Source: Chara braunii (taxonomy: Eukaryota; Plantae; Charophyceae). Taken from it: 64,000 nucleotides of DNA. A program made the translations under genes and the position numbers. The notes below the pieces were generated by a model. It saw only the letters and a list, made by a program, of their open reading frames with translations. It did no database searches and was not told the DNA's origin. The stretch is taken from the NCBI GenBank assembly GCA_003427395.1, contig BFEA01000025.1, forward strand, positions 4,221,488-4,285,487, read 5' to 3'. The stretch's first letter is position 1, and every line of letters begins with the position of its first letter. Shown piece after piece: positions 11,563 to 24,330 of this stretch.

Positions 11563-13387
11563 TGGAACAAAACCAGGGGTTGGGAACTTATCCACGCTAA
11601 TAAACATCATGGTATTACATCAAGGAAACCATTTATTTTAATACAACACATTTATGAACATGTATCTCCCCACTACAACTTGTAATCCTGTCTCGAAGCT
11701 ACATGTACGTATATATCGATTGTTGCATCATATTGCCCTCTAACAATACAAGTTTTATATTGGACACATGACTTAGTTTATACATCACTGTGTAGCTATA
11801 ATGATGCATTTATAATTATAGCGAGTACATTTGTACTTGTAGATATACGTAATATGAGACATATAATTATACTTTTACATAATTATATAGTTATAATAGA
11901 TAAACAATTCACACTATAAACGCATATATACTCATATAAGCATATTTTTTTTGTCTTTACCTATTTGTAACATAAACCACATTATGATATCGTTCTACAT
12001 AAAACTTAAAAAAGTGATTCAAAATCCTTACAACATATATTGAATATGTCAATATACATAAGCACGTACCAATATTAGATAAACAAGTACACTCAACACA
12101 TGTGTACTCGTACGAATACCAACTTACTTTCTCTACCTATCTAGAATGTATCACCATATAGTGATTTAGCCATACATTTAAGATATAGCCTTACATTTAG
12201 GTTAAAGTTAAAACAATTCAAACCTATATACCATAAATCAGCTACAACAACAAAGAATCCCTAAGTAGAAGGTTAGTATCATTACTTGTGCTAGGTTAAT
12301 TGACTTTCACGATTCCATACAATTTTTGTTATATTGCTTTTAATACCTCTTTCCTCTCATTGCCTAAAAAAATGCACCCCATGAGTTGTATGGAATCGAA
12401 TTTGGGTATAACACCTTCTCCTATCCATTGCTTACAAAAATATACTTCATTGGTTGTGTGAGATTGGATGTGGAGTATTAACCTTGTCGATAAACATTTT
12501 TAACCAAAACACAATTAACATTTATAACCCCGTTCAAACTGACGCGCTTGCCAGACAAGGAAGTGGGCAATTTTAACAACCTGGTAAAACGTTTCGCCGT
12601 CCTTAAATTATCAAGTCGAACGTTTTTCGCCAATTACGCATTTTAGGTATTTTGAATTATATATCAAATATTTTTTTAAATAACACTAACATTTTTAAGC
12701 ATTTTTTATCTATCACAGCAATGCATTCAAACCTTTCTTCCTTACATTTGATTTTAAATGTGCAGTAAAAAAAAAAAAAAAACTTAAACATAGCACATAC
12801 TTGCCCCTTTCGTCCCCAAATTGCACTTTTATTAATAATGCCCAATGCCCAAGGAAGTTACATCGATAGTTGCAAAAACCTAAGAAAATAAAGTTGCTAT
12901 CTCCCACCGAGAGGTCGTAACACGTCCTCGTGCACACGATCTTCACACCCAATGCTATAACTTGACACCAATCGTGATGAAAAACCGACTAGCAAACCTA
13001 ACTATCCATTATTAGCACAAGGATATAAAAAGTAAAACCGCTAACTTCAAAACTATCGCAGAAAAAACCCGCTTGCTGCAACACACTTCTCTCCAACCTT
13101 TTATCCGAGAGCAAAACAGGCAAACACACAAGTCAATCAAGGTGTAGCACAAATTGTGAAGCTTTACTCTCGCGGAGGACAAAATGTGCCAATATAAGTA
13201 TGACAGAGATGCATAGCGCATCCATCATCACCCTTCTGCCTCGTCTCTGGATCTGGTCCGAGAGTGTGATTTGCCCATTATTCAACGCCGCGAGTTCCGG
13301 ATTCTGCCTTGATCAGTCCAGCGATGAGTCCAGCTTCATACGAAAAGCTTCCAAAAAAGTTCAGCTCCGTACAAAAAAATTCCAACG

Positions 13388-13486
13388 AGGGTCCAATTAT
13401 TCAACCACAATCCGTAAGTAGCGTATCCTCAGTTATAGGGTCCAATTATTCAACCACAATCCGTAAGTAGCGTATCCTCAGTTATA
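13388..13486. repeat. Exact 49-bp tandem duplication
   Basis: GGGTCCAATTATTCAACCACAATCCGTAAGTAGCGTATCCTCAGTTATA occurs twice. Confidence 0.9.
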
Positions 13487-16274
13487 AGTATTGCAAATAT
13501 CGAGATCGCCCTCAAATCTGCTCCACTAAATAACCAGCCAAACAACAGCTTAAGGCTCCAACAAATGTACTCCCACTGTTCAATCCCGGGAGTGAGTACG
13601 TAAATGCTCAATGCAACCTTAACACGTCAATCAAATTGAACAAAACACACACGACAATCAAAATGAACAAAAGAATAAAACAATATTCAGATCATCACTG
13701 CATCAGCAATTCATGTGAGCTCCAACAAAATTAAACAAAACAGTCGCCTTTCGTCGTACACCACACCACTATACTCCCATCTTTCCATCCTGCCCCCCCA
13801 ACCCCCCCCTCAAAAAAAAATGCTAAGAACGACACACGCGCATATCCACCGCTAAAAAAGGTTTTGAGCCCTCGTGCCATGAACACAAAAAGAGGACCAA
13901 GAACTAATAATAATACACACCCATGACTGATGCAAAATTAAACTAGCAAAAACCCAAAACTCTCACCCGTACAGTCTACGACAATTTTCAGGATCCAAGA
14001 AGAACAATACCCATAACCAAAGCAAACCTACTCTAGCAGGAACAACACCTCTACCGGTGAAGTCCACAACAATTTCAAGAATCCAGCGCCAGCAAAAAAT
14101 CCTACAACAAACATCACAACATCCCTCGTCAGCAAGCGAAGCCAACTAATGCGATAAAAGAAATGGACATTCCACCTATTTGTGACATTCGTACCAATCC
14201 TAGGGGTCACCATCTATAGCTTCGATGACACCTTACCTTGGAAGGTACCAACCCTTCTTCTCACCGCCCTCAATAATTTGGACTAGTTTCCAAAATCTCA
14301 GTCATCACAAGCAGGCCTCTGTGCACACACACACTCCCTTTCAATCTTCAAGAAGCAAATGACCACAGACCTACACAAACCATCAAGAAAATAGGACCCA
14401 CAACATGCCCCCTTATCTGGAATTCACATGCCTCAATTTAAAGTGTGATTTCTCTCCATTAATTGGAAGTAAACAAGACAAGCAGAATATATCACCTTAT
14501 GTAAATACTCGTTAGCATCGATGGCCCTACACACTTGAAGAAGTCCAGCATAATAAGCAGGCCACCACACTCTGCACACACTCCCTTTTAGCCTACACGG
14601 GACCGATGCCCGCATAACCTCACAAGCCTACTTGCTATAAATTTTCAAGCTATTATCGAAACAAGTCACGAAAACATCAGGAGCGAGGTTTGTGGGGCGG
14701 CTGAGTGGCCCAAATCCTGCCGTGCAGTACTCGTGATCACCCAGTCAGTATTTTAGATGTATTACCCGAAAAAGTAAGGAGATCTTTGTTCCCCACCTCC
14801 TCCTTAACACTGGGCATGCCCGTGCAAAGAAAGCTCCACACCAGAATCCTTTCAATCGGTTGGGGGTGTGGCCAACCCCAAAAGAGGGTGGGGTCAGCCA
14901 TAGGCCTACTGGATAGAAGATTTTCATCAGAATTTTAATTGCTGTTGTGCAATTATCTCATTGGGTGGAGCCCTCCTTCAATCACGGAGTATATGGAGGG
15001 TGTCAGGATCACTACTAACAGAAGTCGAGTTTATTCCAGAAAATGTGGTGGTTACTTTGTTCACTGTTGTTGCAACCACAACCATCAGATCATTTGTGGT
15101 CTGATGGCTGGGAAGCACTCTGCTGTGATTTCCAGTGGGAGGTCTCTATTTNTTTTTTTTTTTTCTTGCCTTTCTCCTGTGTTCTCAGCCCAGAAATTCG
15201 TAATGAACCTGTCATCCCGCTGCCACTCAGTGTCACACTGGATCAGCCACACTATCCGACTGCTAATGGGACCTCGCCCCAGGGCATCGTGAGTGCAATC
15301 CCTCACGATATATTAATGAAACGGTAGAGCACACCCATCCAATTCTTCATCCATGGGAAAGCACTCCCTATCTCACATTGACTCGAAACAGTACGATGAA
15401 AATGAAACAACACCAGAGGCGGCAAGTCCTGAAGCGGGCAATTCGACACAAAACTGATGAATCAACAAAAGAACACTACGCGCCACCTAGGAAATATATC
15501 AACATGGAAACTAGCACCTCCTGGGACAAGCAAAAAGATGTTAAAATTACTTGAAGAAACAGAATCTGCCCAACGTTCTGCACGCTACACAGTCAGGTGG
15601 ATGCCTACATACTGATGAACAGCTTCAAGCATGCCACCACAGCAGTCCCACGAAGCATATGGACACAAACCACATTCTCCACACAGTAGCAAAAAGGAGC
15701 CAAGTTCTGCAAAAACAGTGGCGCCGCTCTCCATCTGTGCTCCAGGAGCGTGACCCCAAAACAGTTACTCCACCCTACTCTGAATCTGACCCACACACAG
15801 ATCCAGGTTCCGGAATCACAGTAGAGTCTGAAATCAAACAGAGGACTGCATTTCCATTTCCAAAATTAGGCGGCTATAGCACCACATCCTTAGACCAGTC
15901 ACACTTTAGCAAGCCAATCCAGGCTTCATACCTGGTTTCAGGAGCCACTGCCCACAAACACACAGCGCCAACACACCAACGCACACCCCACTGCACGCCC
16001 AAAAAACCATCCATTGCTGCATTCTCACAGCCATGGACAACAGCAGGGGCGGATGAAACCAGTCGGCATGGTGACCTAAGCTGTAGCGGCTCCAGTTGCA
16101 AAGCAACGCTTACCACCTCACCCCACCCAGGCAGCATCACACAATAGCGCCCGCAGTCTGTCTGCAACTTCCGACCAATTTGGTTTGGCCGATGTTTTCG
16201 GTGCTAACCATTCTCGTTGGAAACATTTTAACCGTGGCTAGGCTACCAGAGCGGCCCAGGAACACTTCCCAACC

Positions 16275-16314
<40 letters not shown>

Positions 16315-16393
16315 TATATATATATATATATATATATATTGTCAAACAGTACCGGGTAAACCGTAGGCAGAGAGGGAGAAGAGGACAACAAAC

Positions 16394-16454
16394 GAGGGGC
16401 TGTGACAAACTGTTTCGTCGGAGTTTCACCGACTCATCAGGAGGCTGAACCCTC
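16394..16454 (-). ncRNA. Type I hammerhead ribozyme motif (proximal stem I degenerate)
   Basis: Minus strand reads CUGAUGA-GUCGG-ugaaacu-CCGAC-GAAA-CA-guu-UGUC. Core intact, perfect 5-bp stem II, minimal stem III, GUC cleavage triplet, distal stem I GAGGG/CCCUC. Confidence 0.75.
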
Positions 16455-17664
16455 AACAGTCTGTATAATCCCCTCACTGATTACACTGTAAGTGATAATC
16501 CACCTTAACCAAAATCAAAGTAGACTATCACTCACCCNCACCAGATGGAAAACTCTACAGACTGTCGGTTCACACCCCATCACAAGCCAGCAAAACANCC
16601 ACGAAACAAAGAAAGGTCTGTCACAGCCAAAAAATACACTCCAGACACGCCGCTGGCACTAGAGGCACAGCATGGCCGCGTAGTGACGGCCCCGCCCACT
16701 GCCGCTCGACCTGACCGGAGAAAACCGTAGTATATATATATATATTCAACACCTGGAGCACCATACCAAAAAGCCATTGGCCTACTAGTCGAAAAGAGCA
16801 CAAAGAAAAAACTCCGTCACCTCCAGAACTTCTATAGCAATATACACACAATGTTCATTTCTCTTTACCATATTTTTCTTGACAATTTATTGTCCTCATT
16901 GTTTTCAAAATTTTCAAAAAACTTTTAACTCCAATTTTTGCAAAATGCAGACCAAATTTTTTTTTTTCATTTACATAAATGATAAATGATTTCTAAAAGA
17001 ATCAGCACTCAATCTACATCCCCCATTGTTTTCCACCTTACTCGTAAAAGCTCTCGAGCAAGAAAGATCCTCTACTTAAGCACAATCACCATTTTGCAAA
17101 AAGCTACCAACCACCTCCTGCCAACTCTACCGCACGCTGCAGCAATCAAATGCACAAAGTTGTGCCTTTTCAAAGTGTCAGCGGCAGTGTGGGTTTAAAC
17201 TTTAAACTCTATGATAATCAAATACTCGCACGCTTTCACCGTGTATGATCCACCTAAGATTGTTATAGATGATCCGACGAACTTTTTTTTTCAAACTTCC
17301 CCCAATAAGATTGTCAACGATGATCAGACAAAAAAAAAATTTCCCACCGCTCTAAAAATAATCATACCGTGGTGGTTGTGCCCAAAAGCGACTTGGCTGT
17401 TGCAAAAATAGTTATTGATTTGTTACTGTAGCCGCCAAGAGATTCAGGAACTCCTCATAGGCTATGATCTGCCTCCATACCAGCCACATCAAAATTGCTA
17501 CACCCCTCCTCATTCTCTCCTCTCCCTCTCTTCTTTGCATCTCTTCTTTTTGAAACAACCACACCACCTCCATTGACCAAGGATTCGACTCCCTACCCTC
17601 CAAGAAGATTCACAGGCAAACTTCCCTCTTCCAAATGTGGTTCTTTTTTTTTGTGTGTGTTGGT

Positions 17665-17956
17665 CTAGGCTACCAGAGTGGCCCGGGGCCACATGCCCGC
17701 CCGGGCCAAAAATAAATAAAACAATAAAAAACAAAATTTAATTTTTAACTTTATTAATTTTTTTTACTATGTTAAAGAATTGCGATGCGACCCTGAGGCG
17801 AAAGTTGTTCAGTTTATTTTTCTGCATAACATAGTTTTGTTGCGGAGTTGTTGTTTTTTTTCTTTTTTTCCTTTTGGCTAGGACCCTTCCTGATCCTTGC
17901 ACGGTCGCGCCGTCCAAGAAAATAGGGTGACCAGGGCGGCCCGACTGGTAGCCTAG
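17665..17956. mobile_element. hAT-type MITE with 12-bp TIR and 8-bp TSD
   Basis: TIR CTAGGCTACCAG (17665) / CTGGTAGCCTAG (ending 17956, and 18037 in a duplicated copy). TSD GTGTTGGT at 17657-17664 matches 18038-18045 exactly and 17957-17964 with one mismatch. The same TIR also occurs at ~16238. Confidence 0.85.
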
Positions 17957-19762
17957 GTGTTGCTGAAATTCACCGTGAGCACTACGGTAGCAGTCCCGAA
18001 AAATAGGGTGACCCGGGCGCCCCGACTGGTAGCCTAGGTGTTGGTGAAATTCACCGTGAGCACTACGGTAGCATTCCCTCCACGGTCTAGGCTTTCGCTT
18101 TCCCTGCTCTGTACAGGGACCCATCATCATCTTCGTTTTTCCTGCTATCTTCTTTTGCTAGCGTGCTCTCATCGGTTACTGTGACAGTTACGAATCACTT
18201 TCATCTTTCCAGCTGCAACTTCCTCACGGAGCTTTTGTCGACGGACATAGCAAATAGCCTTTTGTTTTCTCCAACGAGAATCTATCATCTTTCCCTCCAT
18301 ACTATGCTCCCTTCACACATATACATGTCACCACCTTTGCTGCAAACGTATAAAAACCTACTACCATTACTTCTTTTATACTACCATTACTTCTTTCATG
18401 CAACCTCTCTAAACTACGAGCCTTTGAACAAGTTCACAGACTTTTCCGAGTTCAGACAGCTGAGGACAATGTAAGAATATGAACGAACCTGTATTTCAGC
18501 ATTCAGGAACGTGGACTCCTCCCCAACTGTTAAAACTTAGTTTAATTTGCAGGCCGGTAGACTAGCTTCATTTGCAGGAACAATTGCCCGCAACATCCAA
18601 CATCCAGCACAACCGTAGCTGCATTCCATTGAATCACTTTTGTTACTCTGTTCAGTGCTTTTTTTTGCTGTCACTGCGTACACGTTTAGTCAGGCGAGCC
18701 GGCGTGATGCCACCTCGACATTCATCACTAGCACATCAGTGCTTACAAATGAATCTTAAGCCATGCTTGTGCTGCTGATAGCCCAACTCTTTGCACATTC
18801 GACCCATGCCATCTCACGTGCATTTCCTCCAGACAATTTTGAGTTCATACAGGAGCAGAAGAGCCATCTTTTCCTCGGATTGCAGTTATGGCAAAACATA
18901 TCCACGATGGATGCCAAAGAAAACGTATCGAAGACAGATACAAAAGAACAGCAGCCAATATGATAAACTCCCCCAAGCGAAGAGAAAACACAGCATGTTC
19001 CAACAACGCTGCTGTCGAGGTTTCACATCGCCATCTTGACAAGTCTCAGGTAGAATCCTGTACGGATATTCTAGCAGCGAGAACTACACAAGAGGAGATT
19101 AAGGATAGCAGCGCAAGTACCCGAAAGAAGATTAAGGATATTGTAGTAGCGAGAACTACCCACAAGGAGATTGCAAATTGCAAAAAAATAATCCTGTTCG
19201 GGAGCGCAGACGATTTGCACAAAGAACGCAGGCAAACTAGTTCGCTCTGGACGTGAAGTGGGAAAAAAAAGATTCCCTGCCTGACACAACGTGACACTAA
19301 GCGGACAACAGAAGACCTAAAAGCAAATTGTTTGTTCACCACACAGTAAGCGGACAACAGATATAAGCAGACCTAAAAGCAAATTGTTCACCACATCTAA
19401 CGCAGTGTTTCTTCTTTGTGCAGCCACGGGGATACAAAAACAGCAAAACCCGTTAAAACGAGCGTGTGACTTCCTCGGTGGAGAGAGTGCAGCTGCACAG
19501 CTCTTCCTTAAACCCAGAGAATTTCTATGGCAGAGGTACTGCCGTCTTCCCCCGACCATAACACACTCTGGTAATCAATGCATACAAGCCATGTTTCCGG
19601 TCTGATACAGCCATAATGAGGGCAGGTTGTGTTCGGGGAAAGACGGGCAGTGAGCGGATTGGAAACCAAGCGGTTTCAAAGAAATCTTACCGCCACCCCC
19701 TTAAGTCCGATGCATTCATATGACCATCAGGTTATTAATCACATATATGCATTCATGACGCC

Positions 19763-19896
19763 CAAGTTATTAATAGCAGAAGAGACATGCAAGTTATTAA
19801 TATCAGAAGAGACATGCAAGTTATTAATAGCAGAAGAGACATGCAAGTTATTAATAGCAGAAGAGACATGCAAGTTATTAATAGCAGAAGAGAGAT
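19763..19896. repeat. 27-bp minisatellite, ~5 copies
   Basis: Unit CAAGTTATTAATAGCAGAAGAGACATG. Confidence 0.9.
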
Positions 19897-22800
19897 GTGT
19901 TCAGGACGATCACGTCACGAAGCAAAAGAGACGGATTATTTCTAACCTCCCCTTCCCTCAGAACTACCAGCAATGCGAAAATCCTTGAAACGCCAACGAC
20001 TTCCACGAATTTTTTTTTCCCTGAACATCTTCATCTTTCATCTCCTTTTTCTGTTTTGCACGTCTATCCAATCCAGCGCTAGGTATTTCACTAATCTATG
20101 CACTCATTCAGTCAATCAATCCCTTCAGTAATCCATGCACCTATTCAGTCAATCACTTCCCCTATACTCTCAGTCGACCATGATCTCATGAATTCGACTT
20201 CAACATTCACGAAGATTCGACCATCATTATCCGTCATTGCGGTCTCTGTTCACTTATACACACGATCCACTCGTTCTTCATTGCCTCATTCGCACCTCCT
20301 TAAAACAAATCATTAACCTTCGTTCGTTAATCATCATTCCTTCAGTACTACGAGTCGTCCATCACTAAGTACTCTTCATATTCCCTCTTTTGTTATTCTC
20401 TTCACCACCAATTCGTGTTCCTTATCTCCCTCCTCCTCCCTCCACCACCCCCTCCCTCCCTCCCTCCCTCTAGGTTATTCTACGAAGCCACTGACAGCTC
20501 CTGTTTCTTCTTCTTCTTCTTCATTCGATCATGTGCCCATCGTTTGTGCAGCACGGTATTTTTCATTGGCCTTATCGCCAAAACAAATCACGTTTTCGAC
20601 GTCTTTCTCAGGTTTTTACGACGCAATTGCTTCGACATCCAGTGTTGTGCGTGTCCTTTGAACGTCACGATCTGTCTACCCACGTTCGAAATAAATCCCG
20701 CTAAGCTGTACATACCCAGCTCCCCCTTCGTTTCAACCTCATGATCTCTCCACCCATAATCGACACCCGTCTAAGCTATACACATGCGCAGCTCCCTTTT
20801 GTCTTGACCTCACCCATCGCCAATCAACTACTAATACCTACCTAATTTTTGTCAATTACGTACCGCCAATTTGTGCTTCTGAAGTTTTTTTTCTGGGTTT
20901 TCTACAACGCAATTGTTTTTTTTTTTTCATCCAGTGTTGTGCCCGTCTTATTGACCGTCACAAGCTCTCTCTCCATGTTTCGAAATTTCGTTAAGCTGTA
21001 CATATTCACCCCCCCCTGTTTCAACCTCATCATCTCCAAAATCACCGACATGTTCGTCAACCCATACCCTGCCCTGACTGACTCTACCAGCAACCGAACC
21101 GACCCATCTAATTATATATCTACTGTAAACTACTCACATCTATTACGTCTAATTAGTCTAATTACGTCTAATTACGTCGAATTACGTCTAATTATTAGAT
21201 TTACTGTAAACTAGTAGATCTAGTTATATCTATCTAAATCACATCTATTACGTCTAATTACGTCTAATGACGCACAATTTGCGTCAGACTCTGCCAATCT
21301 TCTTCTCCCTCCGATCATGTGCTACCCATCTACCGCTGATGCCATCTCTGCGCTTAACCGGCAAGTTCATGGCGCTCTCCACCATAATTTAGAAGGGACC
21401 TTACAACGAATTAAAAGAAAAGAAAAAAAAAGAAAAAAAAAGAGAAGAAACGAAAAAAGCAGCACCATGAGAACTTCCAACCCTGACCGTCACTACTGCC
21501 GGTTTCGCAACATCGAAAAACAAGCAAAAAAAAAAAAAAAAAAAAAAAAAACGGAAAAAAGAAATGAACACGGACATTCCCTACTCACCTCCCTTTGCGG
21601 TTTCTTCAAAAGGACCAAGCTATAATTGCAACCTACCAAACAAACAGTTCGCTCCCACGACGCAGAGCAGCACCGTGATCAACATAGCTTTCCGTAATTA
21701 CAAAGAAGCAGCAAACGACCAAGCGCAAAATTTACAAGAGGCATCAAGGCAAACTGTTGGTGGGAGAACACCGATGACAAACTGCAGAGAGAGAGAGTAC
21801 GGACGCGACAAGAGGCACAAATAAAAGAGGAGAGGTCTTTGGTTCGACAGCAGCAGCCACAATTGAGAGGAGGAAGAGTGAACGGACGCAGCCATAACCA
21901 CAAGGCGGCGGTGAGCCCACCTGATGGGTAAAGCGGAAGAAGCACCCACCTGCTGTGATGCACCTGCACGTGCGCAAGTGAAACGCACTACCACGACGAA
22001 GCGACTGCCCATTTTCAGTTTTTCCTCCTTTTGTCATTTTCGTGGCATTCCCCCATATAGCCCTCTTCAAGCAACAGAGTAGCGACGACGCCGGGGCAAC
22101 ATCCGAATCACACACCATCTAACACGCGCTGTGAACCGAAAAATAAAAAAGGAGGAACTGCGGAGAAAGCAAAACAGAAGCACAAACGAGTAGCAGGAAA
22201 AAAGAGCTGACGAGGCGAGAGACACAGGCAGATCCGGGGTGGGGGGCGCAGAACAGATAATACTTAAATGACAGGGAAACAAAACAGGCGAAATATACAA
22301 GGCAGGCAAAAAGGGAAACGGCGGAGAGAACAAGAGAAAAAAGCAACAACACAATAGAGCACCAAGCACGGAATCGAACAACAAACAAAACGAGGGGCAG
22401 CAACAGGAGAGGCAGATGGGGCACAGAGGCAACAGATGAAAGAGGAGAGAAGAGTCGGGGCAAAGAGGCGAACAGATGAAAGGAGTTGGTGCAAAGAAAG
22501 GCAAACAGATATGAAAGAGGAGTCGGGGAAAAGGAGCGAGCAGATGAAGAAGGAAGGAAAACGTCGGATACATTTAAGTCAAACTGGAAAAGGTCAAGCG
22601 AACAAAGACTCTTTTGACGTAAGAAGAAAAAAAAAAAGAAGAGGAAGAAAAAGAAACCAGTAAACAGAGACAAACAGGGAGATTGGCGCGTTCGAAACAG
22701 AGAGACGACGGAGGAGAGGTAGTACATACAGAGGAAGAAACCCAAACCCAAATCACGAGAGAAAGAAAAACGGCACCGGGGAGAATCGCAGGGTGCGACG

Positions 22801-24330
22801 CCCGTAGCTCATGTCCTCGACGTGGGAAACAAACGGACACCAAAAGCACGACAGGCATTCACCACGGTGAATGGGGTACAAACACTTCCAACACGGTGAA
22901 TGATAGAAAAGGAAGCAGAAAAGGCAATTCAGCATCATCATCATCATCACGATCACGACGATGTGGTTAATACGACCACGATAATGGAATGAGGATAGCA
23001 CAACGATACATTAAATTGAGAGTACAAAGTGTGGTGATGGCAATGACGATGCTGCTGATGATGATGACGACGGTAATGAAACCACCACCATGATCATCAC
23101 AATTGTCATCGTCATCGGCAAACATTCCTGTCGAGCATAGCGGGCAAGAGCAAGAGGAGAATTGCAAAGCCAAACGAAAACAGCGAATGGTTTAATTGCC
23201 CTACCGCCGTGGTATGTGTACAACTCAATGATTCCCCACAAAGACCAGGCCATCATAACCACCATTCCTCAAGCCCACACAACCACTGTTCGCTTCACAT
23301 TCGCAATAGTTTCCCCGTCCCCAGCCCCCCCTTTTCCCCCCCGTGTGTCACCCCTCAAGCCCATAAATCACCTTCCATCGGTATTCTGAATCCGACAACC
23401 AAGGGGGTGGTCATAATTGCGTCCCCCCGCCGAGATCAATGATCCATCAACCCATCAAACAACCAACAGACAATCAGTCGATAGGGGGCTTGCTACTGCG
23501 CTGCCCTCCCTTATGCCAGGCCCAAGGTAATCCACTAAGGCCACACCAGCAAGTCAACCTAACCATCCATGCGGTCCGATATGTTCCTCACCGTTCACAG
23601 TTTACCAAACCTAAGCCGAACCAATCACACACGAAATACGACCCGAATACGGGTGGGCGGGAGGGCGGGCGGGCGGGCGGGCGGGCGCGCGGGCGCGGGG
23701 AAAGGAAACTGGTTAGAAAGTGCTTTACAGCAAACGCCGCATCGCGACATCTCCTCCACCTCCCCGCCCCCCCCCGAACCGCCGCCCATACCCTCCACCA
23801 CAATCCCTAGGCACAAAGTGCAGCCCAGTCCAGCAAGTCTTCCACTTCTCTGCCCTGCCCGTACTCCCCTAAGATCCGCGCTTCTCCCCGCCACCACGCC
23901 ATCCTGGAACCAAACCCCCAAACTCGCTAGCCTCTTTTGCCCCCGGCTCCCGCGGAGTGGCGCCACCCCCCCGCAACCCCCCCGCCCGCCTCCATCACCT
24001 GCAACCACCTACCGACACGGCATCAACAGACTGATGCCAAGCCCGTCCCCTCTTTTAGCGCCCCCTTCCTTCTCTCTTTCGCCTCTATATCAGCAAGGAA
24101 TTGCCGCATGCACGCATGCATGGTTGCAATACCTGTCGGCTTGTCCGAGTTGCCTCCACGCTGCGTAAGCCATACGCCTAGTACCTCCTCCTCACTCCCA
24201 GTCTCTATCTCCTCCACCAACTAATCCCTTCCAATTACCATCCACCATGGACCATGGACGGGATACTATCATCCCTTCGCAGAGCTCTTCGTCGAGGCAA
24301 CAACAACAAGCTTTATTCCTCTTATTCTCC

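Noticed and set aside
13321-13352. Hammerhead-like GCGAUGA...GAAAAGCUUC
   Set aside because: Core mutated, weak stem II and no stem I; chance or too decayed to call.
19629-19988. ORF with KLLIAEETC repeats
   Set aside because: The frame is open only because a 27-bp minisatellite lacks stops; no ATG start and no domain.
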